DNA of 64,000 bases from the human T2T-CHM13v2.0 reference genome, Homo sapiens: NCBI RefSeq assembly GCF_009914755.1, contig NC_060927.1; one strand, given 5' to 3'. Each line of letters starts with the position of its first letter. Position 1 is the first letter of the stretch. Both the position numbers and the translations under genes were made by a program. Below are positions 1-12,779 of the stretch, piece after piece. The notes under the pieces are model-generated. The model ran no database searches. It saw only the letters and a program-made list of their open reading frames with translations, and was not told the origin of the DNA.

Positions 1-1499
1 AGAAAGGCTGGGCCAGCCTTTAGGAGACGTGGTTCTGAATGTGTGTTGCTTTCCAGTTAGTTTGGTTATCAAGTGAGCTACTGAGAAGCAATCAGGGAAT
101 TTTGTTTTAAGTAAACAAATACACACTTTAGTGCCACTAACAAGACAGAGAAGGTGATTTTAGACAATTGTTAGAATTCAGTTAATTTTGACCAACATTT
201 GTCAAGTGATTGAGGTTTGATAGGCCCCATGTTAAGGATTGAGGATACAGAAATAAGTAAGATGGCTTTGGCCTCAAAGAATTCAGAGTCTAGCAGGGGA
301 GACAACCAAGAAGATATAATTACAGCTTATCCTACAGATCCTGCAGTGGGGTCACCACTGGATGCTAAGGAAGCATAAACCAGAGGGACTGAGCTCAGGA
401 GGTGATTCTGATTAAGCCTTAAAGAACAAGTAGGAGTTTAAACTGCTGAGAGACTGAAAAAAAAAAGTAAATGAGATGATGTGATTCCTCTGTGGCAGCC
501 ATTTAGCGGCAGAACATGTGGTTTTGGTTTGTAGAGGTCTGCTAGGGGCTTTCAGGACTTTTAGCTCCTGAAGAGCAGGCAGGGCAGCCTTGATGAATAG
601 AGAAGAAGAATATTCTCTATATTCTTCTTCCACTTCTCTCTTCCTTGTTTTTCTTCCTTACTCAAAGAGGTCTGAAGCAATAAGGAAGGCAACAGTAACT
701 AAGGCCCGTTGCCCTTGCTGACCTCCCACCGCACACACTGCCCACCTAGGGTTGAGGAGGAAATCTAAAGGTTTTTGAGAGGGTGCCCAAAGGCACCATC
801 TGGTCATTGTATGAGCAGATTATCTGGGCACTGAGGAAGAGAATGTGGTATGTCTTTTAGGACAGCTTTTTGGTTTGGGGTTGGGAATCTCAAAGGTAGC
901 TCTCTGCATCTGGAATGGCACAGCCTTGCTTTTCTTTCCAACTTGATACCCCTTGAGCTACACACACGTTGTTTCCAAAACAAGAGTATTCAGACAAGGA
1001 CAAGGACAAAATGTTGACCCCTCAAAATTTCCTCCCCTCTTGGTGAGACTTCTCACCCCAGGATGACCCCCCAATCCCTGTATTTGGGAGCTTGCCCTCC
1101 GTTCCCCCTTCCCTGAGTAGGTGACAATGGACATAGGCAGTGCTGTGTCCTGTGTGTGTTGTTTACTTGTGTCTCTCACATGGTCTTGGCTACAGTGGGG
1201 CAGGAGCTACATTGGGAAGGTGGGTCTTTTCCACTCAGGAAAGACTGCTTTGTACTAGATTTATACCAGAATTGAGTGGAAGGAGTTCTGGAGTAAGAGA
1301 GAAGGTTTCTTATTTTCAAAGACTAAGAAGGAAAAGCATAGAAGGAGCATATAGCATCGTGATGATAGGGCTGGGTGCTGATGTGGCTTCAGCAGCAGCA
1401 TATGAGCCAACACTGCAACAATTTTAGCAAGATGAGCCCGGCCCTGTGCAAGGAGGATGTGTGAATTCAGAAGGGTTACATATTTTGGGGATGAAGTTA

Positions 1500-1800
1500 G
1501 GGAAATTTGAATATAGGATGGTTATTAGATGATATTAAGAATTATTAGTTAATTTTGTTAGGTGTGGTAATGGTATTGTAGCTGAGTGCCCTCATATTTA
1601 AGAGATTCATATTGTAGTATTTATGGGTGAAATGTCAGGATGTCTGCAATTCACTTCAAAATAATTCAGCAAAAATGATGAAGCAAATATGGCAATAAGC
1701 TAATAATTGTTAAATCTAGGTTATGGTGACTAGTTATACTATTCTTTCTACTTTTCCATATGACTAAAACATTCCTTAGTTAAAAAAAAAAAAAAAAAAG
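1500..1800 (+). mobile_element. Old L1 (L1ME-like) 3' end fragment with A tail
   Basis: tttgaatataggatggttattagatgatattaagaattattagttaattttgttaggtgtgg resembles the L1ME 3' UTR; A-run at ~1782-1799. Confidence 0.65.
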
Positions 1801-1804
1801 AGTA

Positions 1805-2005
1805 CAGGCTCTGAAGCCAGACTGCATGGGCCCAAATCGTGGCATGTGGTTTTAACCTATGTGCCATTTTCTCCTCTTTAAAATGAGATGAGATAATAAA
1901 GGTTCCTACTGCACAGGGTTGTGTGAAGATGGAATTGTATAACACATGGAATGCTTAGATCAGTATCTAGTCCATAAAGTCTCAACAACTGTTTTATTAT
2001 TATTA
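1805..2005 (+). mobile_element. MIR SINE
   Basis: ggctctgaagccagactgc...aaaatgagatgagataataaagg...ggttgtgtgaagat, MIR core pattern. Confidence 0.65.
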
Positions 2006-2381
2006 CTAAAAAGAAACCATCTCAGGAAGTTGAGATTTCAAGCTCAGACTGGGGCTGAGAGAGAACATAACTTTTCTGGAAGCCAGTCAGAGACATCCAA
2101 CTCAGCTCACTTTCCAGTTTTGGTGAGTTTGGTGGGAGCAGGAGTAGAGCTGGGCTTGACGGGGATCCAGGATCCCTGATGATACCCTTTTCCCTGGGAG
2201 GGTGGCCTGAGTGTTGTCAGGGAGAGGGGCAGCAGGTCATCTCCCAGAAGAGATATTGAGTCATCAGGCTAGGTGGGAGAGCATATTAGACAATGACATG
2301 AACATTGTGTTGTGTTGCTCATCTGTGCTCAGAACTGAGAGTTCTAGCCATTATGATTTTTTTTCTTTCTATGTTGCACAG

Positions 2382-2393
2382 GAAATTTTGCAG
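2382..2393 (+). other. Candidate 12-nt microexon GAAATTTTGCAG
   Basis: ttttttttctttctatgttgcacAG|GAAATTTTGCAG|GTAGGG: long pyrimidine tract, TGC next to the 3' splice site, CAG|GTAGG donor, length a multiple of 3. Confidence 0.45.
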
Positions 2394-2555
2394 GTAGGGA
2401 TGAAGAGGGGTGTGGAGAAAAGAAAACTCAGCTTCTGTCTGGAAATTCCACTGCACCAGAGAGAGTCCTGAATATGTTGAGTTGCATAGTATAGAGATTT
2501 TCAGAGTGAATCAATTGTTCAAAGATGACACTAGGGTGAAAATGGGTTCATTAGA

Positions 2556-2930
2556 TGTACCAGTCAGGGCTTTAGCAGGAAACAGATGGCCCAGCCATGT
2601 TGGGTAACCTGAGGAAGGTTTAATGAAAGGACTCTTTACAAAGGTGTGGGGAGGGATTTAGATTTGAAGGAGTGAGGGAAGCGAGTGGTTACCAGAATGT
2701 GTGAAAGAGCAACCTCAAAAGGAGGTGTGACCTGGGTAAGGGACATAGAAAGCTCATGGCCACCCATGACAATGTCGGGAATAGGGAACACCGCTTCACC
2801 CTCCTTGCTTCTTCTTATCTCCTGCCACAGCTTTTCAGAGGCTGAGCTCAGCAGAATTCCAGAGGGCAAGGGAGCCTTCATATGATCCATCTAGGTCAGC
2901 CTTGGGCACTCAGCCGGCTGGAGAAGGACA
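2556..2930. mobile_element. Ancient ERVL/MaLR-type solo LTR fragment
   Basis: Begins tgtaccagtcagggctttagcaggaaacagatggc...tttacaaaggtgtggg, an LTR-like start. Family uncertain. Confidence 0.45.
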
Positions 2931-4114
2931 GAGGGTGTGCCTGGAACAGGTGGAGAGTGATGGAAGGGCAAACAGGAGCCCCTGGTTGACTAGGAGAATA
3001 TGAGGCTTTTAGGAGACACAGTTTTCTCCAACCCCACTTTCAGTTAGTTTCCCAGTACTAATATGTGAGCTAGGTGATCTCCATACTCTAGCTACGTAAG
3101 CTCTAGTATCTTTACACAAACTCCACTTTCTAAGGATGCAGTGTTAGCTGCAGTGCAGACTGGAGCAGACTTCAAATCCCCAAATGGTAGATCCAGAAGG
3201 CTCCAGAAGAGACATTAGAGATAATTTAGTCTATTTGCCTCATTCCTTCAGATAAGAAAACAGTTCCCAGGAGGCAAAGTGATTAGTCCACAACTTCTTC
3301 ATGGCAGAGCCAGAAAGGGGATGCTCACAGCCAGGCTCTCAGTAAAATGATATTTTCTGAGGCCCTAATCCTACTCAGACCTCAGATATGATATTAGCAC
3401 TTATCCTGTCTTCCTACATCCCTGACCTTGACGGTTCTTTCCTTCCCTACCCCACCCCACCCCACCGCACCCACCCCTGTTGTGATGGGGAATTACTCTG
3501 ATGCAATGGTGGCCTTTAAGTATGCTCTACACATAGTTGGTACCCAAACCAGAGGTCATGGAACTGGAAGCTCACAGCCAAATTAGGATGCTCAGATCAC
3601 ATGGTTTATTAAATCAATTTAAAGCACACAGCAAAAAACAAAAAACCACCAAAACCACCCCCAACAAACAAAAAAAAACCACAAGAGAAAAGATATGGGA
3701 TAGGTCTGTGCACTTAGGATAGGGTAGAAATGGGGAGAAGGATCACATCCCTGACTTCTAGGTGACATATCAGAGTTTATGTCCTGTGTATCTCTTTGCC
3801 ATGTCAGCCTTTCTCACTGATGATGTGTTTATGGAAACCAGAATTGAGAAGCGAGCAGGAGGGCACAGCAGGTAGGAGGTGCCTGTTCACAACACACACT
3901 CACTTTTTCAGAGAGGCTCTGGGGCAGCTATGCTGGCCAGGGGAGCCACTCACCAGTTATCCTGATGAACTGCTCTGGGTTCTGGGTGCATGGCTTGGGC
4001 AGAGGACTGGTGAGGCCTGACTAGGATGTGAAGACACAGTTTGAGAGACTCCTGACGTAGTCTTGTAACCACCCAGCTGCCTCCTGATGTACTGCACATG
4101 TTTCCTGAGGCCCT

Positions 4115-4300
4115 ACGCCATAGCTCAGCTGGTTGGCAGTGGCCTTAAGGAGGTCAAACCATGGGTCTGATTCCTATGGGGCCCAGCTAGACTTACACAG
4201 AGGAACAAATGGCTTCTACTCCATAGGCAGTGCCTCCTTTAACCCTGAGTGGCTAGTCTGAAAATCTCATCATTGAGGGGGCAGGATGACAAAGTTTGGA
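4115..4300 (+). mobile_element. tRNA-derived ancient SINE (MamSINE1-like)
   Basis: tagctcagctggttgg (A-box-like) ... gggtctgattcc (degenerate B-box), followed by agctag...cacagag body. Confidence 0.5.
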
Positions 4301-5199
4301 TAACTTAACCAAATCCCAGTTCTAGGATCTAGATCCCAATTCTAGAAGTTGGGGCTAGGGATATGGTCTTCTTTCTGGGAGGAAAGCACCCACCTCCATC
4401 TGTGGAACTCAGTATACTTGTCTGGGCCCTTGTCAGCCTCTACTTGGTGTAACCTGCCTTTCCACGGGTAGCATCCTCTGTGACATCCTGTGAGGTTACA
4501 GCATGTGAGCATCCAGACCACTTTGTGAAATTAGAACTAAAACCAAAAAGGCTGGTTGGCCCAGTGACACCAATGACAGTCCCACATCCATCTACATTTC
4601 AAGTTCCTGGGAGGATTCTTTTTTGCTGAGTGTGCTATAGAGTGAGATTTAATCTTTAGAGTTCATCTAGCAGCACCTCTGTTTCCACCTGACATACTCA
4701 ATATCTGTGCTTAGGCCAGAGACACAAATAAGAGGCAGCTAGTACAAAACCCTCTTCCCCATCTGCCTTCATCATAGATGAACATCAAGGCCTCTGCCCT
4801 GCCATGTCTGGAGATGATAGAGAAGCCTGGTAGATTTTAAATATTTATTGATTTACACCCTTTCCCCAGCAGTTGAATAATGATTATTGACAGAAGCACT
4901 GGGGACATATCAGTTTTACAAAAAGAAAAAAAAAATATCATGGAGCTTGGAGGAGTTGTGGAGGGGTAAAGAAGAGCCCGCACTGAGTGATGGTCTCAGG
5001 AAGGAACAATGTGACATTTTCCACTGGATGCATGAGGTAGTAATGTGATTTGTGATATGAAAAGAGCCTCCAGGCCCTGGCAGTGCCTGCATTGAGACTG
5101 AAGACTGAGGATGTAAAGTGGGTGTCTGACCTCCTGCTTTGGTTTGTCTGGATGTTGAAGCATGAATAACAGCAAGGACAATAATCATTAGTAACCATA

Positions 5200-5390
5200 C
5201 CTAGTATTTATTGAATACCCTCCACACGTTTGGTATAAAATTGAGCATTTTCACAAATATCTCATTAATCTTTAAAATGACATTTTTGGGCCCTATTTTT
5301 AAGATAAACAGACTCAAAGAGGCTAGGAACTTGCCTAAAGTCACACAGCTGTTAAGTGGCAGAGCTAAGACTTGAACCAATTAGTCTATT
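5200..5390 (-). mobile_element. MIR SINE
   Basis: tatttattga...ctattttt aagataaacagactcaaagagg...cttgcctaaagtcacacagct, reverse MIR core. Confidence 0.65.
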
Positions 5391-5459
5391 TGTCTATTTC
5401 TATAGTCCACATTCTTTCTATTGGATCACCCTGGAGGGAAAGGAACTCATGGAAACCTA

Positions 5460-5507
5460 GGAGGAGGAGGAGGAGGAGGAGGAGGAGGAGGAGGAGGAGA
5501 AGGAGGA
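5460..5507 (+). repeat. (GGA)13 GAA (GGA)2 trinucleotide microsatellite
   Basis: Read directly; explains the poly-Gly and poly-Leu ORFs. Confidence 0.95.
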
Positions 5508-7624
5508 AATACTGAGGGAACCTGGTTAAGATGTCTGAGAGACTGGGGATCTCCCAGAGCTGAGTCGACACGTGTCCCTCTATGTCGTGCACAGCCCAGG
5601 GTCAGTGCTAGAGAGAATCACATGAAATCTGCTGCTCCCTTTCACTTTAGCAGGGAACAGGGCATGCTTAAGAAAGGCAGGCAGGTTGGATTTTTAGGTG
5701 TATAGCACAAAAGTAGAAAATCAAACAATGTAAACTGTAGTAAAGTAAGAGAGTCCTTCATTGTGCAATGGGGAACCATTGAGTGTTTTTGAGTGAGGGA
5801 ATTATATGGTAGGACTGCTTTGCTTTAGCAAAATTAATTTTTTAGCAGTGTTTAGAGTGGATTTCAGAGTGGACTAGGGTAAGTGCTCTAAAGGAGTAGA
5901 TACCACATGCAGCTGAAGCTCAGAGGAAAGGGAGGTGAGCTTTGCCTGGGGGAGTTAGGGAATGGTTTGTAGAACATTTGACCTAGGCCTGGAAGGATGA
6001 ATTTGGTGAGTCAGTGAGTGGGGCGGCCAAGATATTTCTGGAGGAGAGACTACTGGAGAGCCTTTCTTATCAGGCTGCTGTGCGAATGGGCTTGACTAGC
6101 AGGCATGTATTTAGATATCATCTTGCTTTGAAAGGGATTTACAACAGCTTAAAAAAATGTACCACAACAAGATAAAATGAAGAAAAATAAGGAGGTGATG
6201 AAATAGAGGCAGAGGAAAAATTAAGGTAGGAAAAATGAGACGAAGATAGGATTACAGTTAGTACAGTTAGCTGGATTTGATCCCTATATTCTGGGGACTT
6301 GCTCTCTAACGCTTATGGACAGAGACAACTGTTAAAGATAGCATGTGTGGAGTGAAGGCAGAGACTGTGAAGTGGTGATGGCTGAAAAACTTGCAGTTTT
6401 GAAAGTCTCTGCTCTGAGTACCAAGCTCAATGATCCGTGGTGAGAGGTCCAGGAAGCGTCCACATACATACTTACCAGGTCCTTGCAGAACCTGCTGGCA
6501 TTCTGTCTTTACCGAGAACATACCATACTGAATCTAGTTCCCAAGACTTTGTTCCTGCTGGAACCTTTGCTTGAATGTTCTTTGCATCCTAGCCATGGTC
6601 TTTATGAGTCTGTAGCATGTCCCACTACCTGTGGGGAAGAGATCTTCTATGACATCACCCTGTTTCCATCTCTGATCTCCCTGAACACATTCCATGACTT
6701 GTCATCACAAACCCACTTTCATTATTACTGTTTCACATGTTAGGTGTTTGCTACCCAGCTAGACAGACCGTTAAGCTCCTGGAGGAAAGCTGGGAACTTG
6801 TTTCCTAAGTCTCAGTGCCTATCCCAGTGTTGTTTATAAAATAGCGGCTATGTAAATGTAAGCTTGGCCTTCCCTTCCTCTGGCATTTGCCTTGTGTGTC
6901 AATTTCAGTGGATCCTCAGCCCAGTCAGGAGGTCTTGGTTTTAGGATGCCTCTGGCATTGTTGTGGGCCTGTCCCTTCTCCTTTCTGGGTCTCAGTTTTG
7001 CCACCTATAAAAAGAGAGGATTTCACTGAATGACTGTTAAAGTCCCTTTCACATATATAATATTTGTATGATTGAAATTGCCTTAATTAGGGATAGTTTC
7101 TGCCTTGTCTTGCTCCCTTCCACTGTCTTTTTTTTTGTGTGTGTGCTGATGTCTGTCATTGAAAGGTTTCTATTCATGTTTAAACCTCATGTTTAAAACT
7201 TAGCATTTCTATGTGGAAGGTGATCAGGAAGGGGAGGGAGGCAGCCTTGTGCCTGATTAGATGACATGGGGGGCATGGTGTACATGCCTGTGTAGGTGTG
7301 CTGGGATGCTTGGTGATTTGAACCCAGTCAGATGTTACCTGGTGGGTGACTTCTGTAATGGTGTCATCCCATCCCTTGCAGGTATAAGTTTGCTGGAAAT
7401 TCATTGACTGAGCACTTTCCAAATGCAATCTCTATTTCTCCCAACAACTCTGAAAGGAAGTAGTTACTCCCGTTTATAGCGCGAAAACATACCCAGAGAG
7501 GTTAAGTGATTTGCCAGAAATGTTCAAAACGAAGATCTCACCTAAGGCTGTCTGGCTCCAAAGCTTGGGTTCTTTTCATCAACATTGCCTTGCAACTCAA
7601 CCCAAAAGAGGAGAGCAGAAGACA

Positions 7625-7945
7625 TCTTAGTCTATCTGTGCTTCTATAACAAAATACCTGGTACTTGGTAATTTATAAAGAACAGAAATATATTGCTCAT
7701 AGTTCTGGAGGCTGAGAAGTCCAAGATCAAGGAGGTGGCAGGTTTGTTGTAAGGATTCAGTCTCTGCTTCCAAGATGGCACCTTGAATACTGTGTCCTCT
7801 TTTGTGAGGGCCTAATCTCAGTCATGATGAGGGGAGAAGCCCTCATAATTTAGTCACTTCTTGAAGACCCCACCTCTTAATACCATCACATTGGCCATTA
7901 AGTTTCAACATCTAAATTTTGGAGGGGATACATCTGAACCATAGC
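7625..7945. mobile_element. MaLR solo LTR (MLT1A/MST-like), inserted next to a MIR
   Basis: tcttagtctatctgtgcttctataacaaaatacc...tctggaggctgagaagtccaagatcaagg...ggaggggatacatctgaaccatagc. Confidence 0.8.
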
Positions 7946-10609
7946 TCTCTTCATCGACATTGCCTTGCCCCTCAATTAAACCCAGAGAAAGAGAGCAGAA
8001 TATGTCCATGTCACAACTATATAGGAAGGTGAGAATTTCCCAAATGGCAAAGTGTCTTCTCTGTTAGAATTTCCCTTAGGCACATCAGTTCTTGAGTCAC
8101 AGAGATTCCTAAAAGACCTCTTGAAGGTCTCTTCTAGGCTAGGGAGTCTGAGACTTGAGGAATAAGTTGTATTTCTATGCAAGTTTTCAAGTTTTTTCTT
8201 CTAAGGACTAAAGCTGGATGTTCTTCCATGGGCTGTTGACACCAGGGAAGAAAAAGAGGATATTGGGCCAGATAAATGTAGTGGGAGAGGAGCTATTCCT
8301 TTTTAAGTAGTGGATATCAATTTTCTAAATACAATCCAGGAACATATTACACTTCCTTCTGCAAGTCCTTGTAAAGGCAGCAGCTCAGTGCATTCTTATT
8401 CCTGGACTTGTTCTGTTCCGATCTGCTCCCTGTATCTGCTCTCTGTGTCTCTGTTCCTCTGTCTGTCTCCCTCTTTCCAACCAACACTTGAAAGTGGTCT
8501 CTTCCTGTTAATAAAGCAGATATCTGCAGTTTTACCTGATAAGTCAATCAATGCCATTGATGAGGTGGTTGCTGCAAATTAACTCCTGTTTTACTTGTGA
8601 AATAACCTTGAAATAAAAGAGAAGATGGGGATCCTGGCCCAGGGTAATTTAGCCCATAGAGGTTTCCTGGAGGTAACAGTGAAGCCCATCCTCCCACACC
8701 CCCAGGAACCTGGAAATAATAGAAATGAAGCTGCCTCTGAGGGTTAAATTAGGTCCATCCGTGTATCCCACATGGATGTGATCTACCATCTGTAGCTACG
8801 GACCAGGAGGTGTTTTGCAAATACGTGAAGCAAAAGACTCCATCAGTGTGACCTGGAAATAATCTCAGGGATATTGGCTGAAATGCGATTGTAATTTAGT
8901 AATATAAAACCTAATTAATTGCTCTGAGTTCAATTTAGAGAAAGATTGTGTAGAAGTTGCTGGCCAGCCAGGGCACTTCTGAAAGGCAAGTTGAAGCAGA
9001 AGCTGGTGGTGCCCATTCAGACTCTGGCTGCCCACCAGGGCCCTTTGGTTCTCCAACAGGACCAGCACTGTTCTTGCTAGTCCATCCCATCATGGCCTGC
9101 TGATGTTGAACCATGGCTTGTTCTGCAGACTTCCCAAGCCTTGATTACATGTTCATCATGCAACGTTCCGATGACGGCTTGGCATCCCCAGTGCATCAGC
9201 CTACACTGATTATAGTGAACTGAGCACTCCAGGGTCCTGTGGCAGTTGTGGTTCGTTGTTACTTTTGGCACTCAAGATATGGAGTTTCTGGCTTATACAT
9301 CAGCCTTGTGAGCTTGGTTAATACGAATCTTCACCCAGTGATAGATCTGCTCTCAAAGTACTGATCCAGTCTAGTTTCAGAGTACACACCCTTTACCTTG
9401 TGGGTTAATCAAGAACAATGCCATCTGTGGAGCCTCTTGGAAGCAGTAAATGGCCCACTCCTTTTAAAATTGCAGGCATACTGCCTTTTCCATGCAAACT
9501 TTACTCAAGAACAGGCAGCAGTGACATTGACACATAGGAAGGACTTCACAATTTGTTAAGCAATATATAGACAAGCCTAAGAAAATACTGTGCAAAAAGA
9601 TACTATAGGGACAACTGAGAGCCGCAGAGCTGCAGAACAGAGAACTAGCATCAGTCACCCCCACTTTTTTTAAGTAGCCTTTTAAAAGCTGCATTTAGAC
9701 TGAGGAGAAAATATAAAAAAGGAATAAATTTTCTGTTTAGGAACATGTTAGTACTAGCTAATATCAATGGATTTCTTATTATGCACTAGCTACTATATCA
9801 AGCTCTTTAAAATAAGCATTACCACAGTTAATCCCCAGAATTGCCCTTTTAAGTAGATAAACACTATTTTACCTGTTTGGCAAATGAGGATATTGATCTC
9901 TGAGTTCACTCAACTCATAATTAGGAGGGCCTGGATTCGAACCTATGGACATAGCTACTATAATTTATTGGAATAGGCTTTTGCAGGTGACACAACATAG
10001 AAGTATTTTGTCTCTGATTTCTCCATCAAGGCACTGATCTCAAGCCCAGAATGGTGTAGTAAGTTTCAAGGTCTCATCATGCTATAGGATGACTGAGGGG
10101 AGAAGTTCTGTTGCCTGTAGTTTTGAAGGAATGAATGGACTTGGATAGCAGAGATAGAGCAAAGAAAGTGTTGCAATGCCTCTTACCAGGTTGGAGGTAG
10201 TAGGACAAGCAGACTAGATGGATGGGATAGGTTACAAGGGAACAGTGGGGCTAGGCAGGGGGTGCTGAGCTTACTCAGGTTTGCATTTCTACAGTCAGCT
10301 CCCTGCTATATGCCCAAGACAGAGATGCAGTAACAAAAATAGAAGGAATGGGTAAATCCAATCATACTCTATTGTTTGTTTTAGAATTCTCAGTTCATAG
10401 CTTCAGAATGACTTTTCTATGAATGTGTGCCCTGAATTTCTAAAGCTGGAGTTCCATGCATTGAATGGGCACTGTCATGAAGAAGGAAGGGCAGGGCCAT
10501 GGCAGGCCTGACTGGTCAGGGTTTAACCAAATTCAGTGGACAATCTCTATGATAGTCTAGTCAGAAGCATTTTCTGTGAGTTAAATCTGCATTTGTTGCT
10601 GTTTTCCAG

Positions 10610-10615
10610 GCATAC
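10610..10615 (+). other. Candidate 6-nt microexon GCATAC
   Basis: ctgcatttgttgctgttttccAG|GCATAC|GTAAGT: consensus donor hexamer, two TGC motifs upstream, frame-preserving. Confidence 0.35.
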
Positions 10616-11819
10616 GTAAGTTTTGGAGCCCACAATCACAAGGTCCAGAGAATGGAGCCCAGAATTTATCTTATCTGGAGAGAGGAGACTAAGGAACTAT
10701 TATGAAGTAGATCCATCCCTCACACTGAAACTCAGTCACCTCTTCTACATCAACTCTTAGAACCTGGAAAGACTGTCCTATCATTTCTCTTGATCAGCGT
10801 TTCTTTCTCCTGCCTGGAAAAGTGTAGCTCCATAGAGTACCTCACGTTAGCTCCCTCCTACAGATTATAAGAATGTTATATAAGACAAGTTCTAGTGTCA
10901 TGATGGCTTATGAACCCCACTTTTAAACTTTCTTTAATTTGGAGACATGTCAGTATATTTTTTCATTTTGTTTCTGGCCTCCAAGTAGTTTACTGAAAAA
11001 GTGTTTTTCCTGTTGCATTGTTATTCAATTTTAAAAAGCTTTTTACTATAGTATCTTGGAAATTTTATGTAAATTAAATTTATGTAAATGGACAGATTTT
11101 TATTAGTTCGCATTCATATTTACTCTCTGAAAAACTATTACAAACAAGCTTTGCTTTTGTAAGAGCCATACTGTCTTTTTCTTTGATAGATCATGCTTGC
11201 TTGCATGCTCAGTAGTCCTATTCTTAAGCTATGTCCTGCCTACTTTCCTGGTATGAAAATTAGAATTCTCCCTGGATCCTTTCATATGAATGGAGGCTAC
11301 ATGGGCACTCTGCCAGTTCTAGAGCATGAGTGACTTTGTAATCAGAGGTTACACATTTTGGGCAGCCTCGCCACAATTTCACCCTTGAATTCCTTTAGGA
11401 CTCCCAGGTGGGTGCCATATGGTTCTGGTGATTTATTTACACTTCATTTGTCAGTCGGGTTCTCATGCCCTCACTGCAGTTTCAACCCTGACCTCGCTCC
11501 TGTCCATCAAGGAGGGCAAGTTGGGAAGGATTTTCATTCTTGAGGACACCACTTGTACTAAGAGTATCATCAACTGGTTCCACTGATTTGGCCCCATTGG
11601 AACAAAATAACCTTTGGGGTTGACCTTGGCATTGGCATCTCTCAGGTTTATTTTTGGTCTGATTAGTTTCCTGGTTGTTGTTCCATTTTTATGAGCCATT
11701 TCTTTCTCCAGGTTCTCTGTGAAATCTCTATCTGGTCATGCAGGGATGTTTGCTTTCTTGAGGGTCTGCTATTTTAGGTGCTGGCTTCACCCCATCTATC
11801 CTGGAATTCTAATACTGTA

Positions 11820-12180
11820 TTTAAAAATAATAGACTGTGACTTTATAAAGTTTTCCTTTTGACGTCCCCTTAATAATCTCGCTCTCTTTCTCTGAAATTT
11901 GGCATTCGGGTTTGGGGTGCAGCTTGAGGCAGGAGCAGCACAAGCTGTAGAGAGGGAGTATTGTGCATTCTTACCAAGAGGCCTTTTGGCAATGCAGATG
12001 CGGAGCTGAGCATGCTGTCTGAGTCAGGGCAAACTCTGTTTCTGAGGCTTGTGCTCTGAGTCAGGATCTGCACCAAGGACGGCCCAAGGTCGCCAGCCTT
12101 GTGAGTATACCCCTGTCTCTGCGTGTGGCCTATGTGCAGGCTTCCTTCCACACGCCATCTCGCTACTGGCCTGACGTGCT
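11820..12180. promoter_or_regulatory. Putative activity-responsive enhancer: MEF2, CRE-like and two AP-1 motifs
   Basis: TTAAAAATAA 11821, TGACGTC 11860, TGAGTCA 12020 and 12057, TGACGT 12172; several CpGs; no recognisable repeat. Confidence 0.45.
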
Positions 12181-12779
12181 TCCTGCGATGAGGCCAGAAT
12201 CTCTGCAGGACAGACTAAGAGAATGGGCTGAAGTGGCAGCAGGAGAAACTAATTTTGCTGGAAAGTTTCTAAGGAGCCCAATTGGGAAGCTCAAGGAGAA
12301 GGTGAAACCTCTTTGGAGATATTTAGAATATCTATCTGTGTGAGCAGGAGATGCAGACCCAAGGGAAGCAAGGGCAGCTAGGGTGGGGGGATAGGAAGGG
12401 AGTTCCTAAAGCTTCTAGGCTGAAGCTTCTGCTGATCAGGATCATTTCTCCACTCCAGCAGCAAGTGCCTGACCAGAGTTGTTAAGCTAATTGTTAAATT
12501 AGAGTGGCTGGGGAAGCAAATTGCTTCATGATGGGGCTTCTCTGACTGTGTCCAAGGCTGATGTCATCTGGCCTTGTGCCTTGTTGAGGGTGTGGTGTGG
12601 GGCGGTGGGCAGGCCTGACACACGTGTTAATGAACCTTCATCCGCTGTAGCAAGCCCTTGCTCCTCGGAGGAGCCCGCATCTTCCATTGAGGGAAAATCA
12701 CTCCCAACTCCTCTGTGCTTCTGTTTAATGTCCCCAACTCCTGAGTCTTGCAATGATGATATTTTAGATCATTTTCTCT

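Noticed and set aside
4115-4190. tRNA gene
   Set aside because: B-box and stems are degenerate and the sequence continues into a SINE-like body.
5386-5705. Poly-Gly and poly-Leu ORFs
   Set aside because: Products of the (GGA)n microsatellite.
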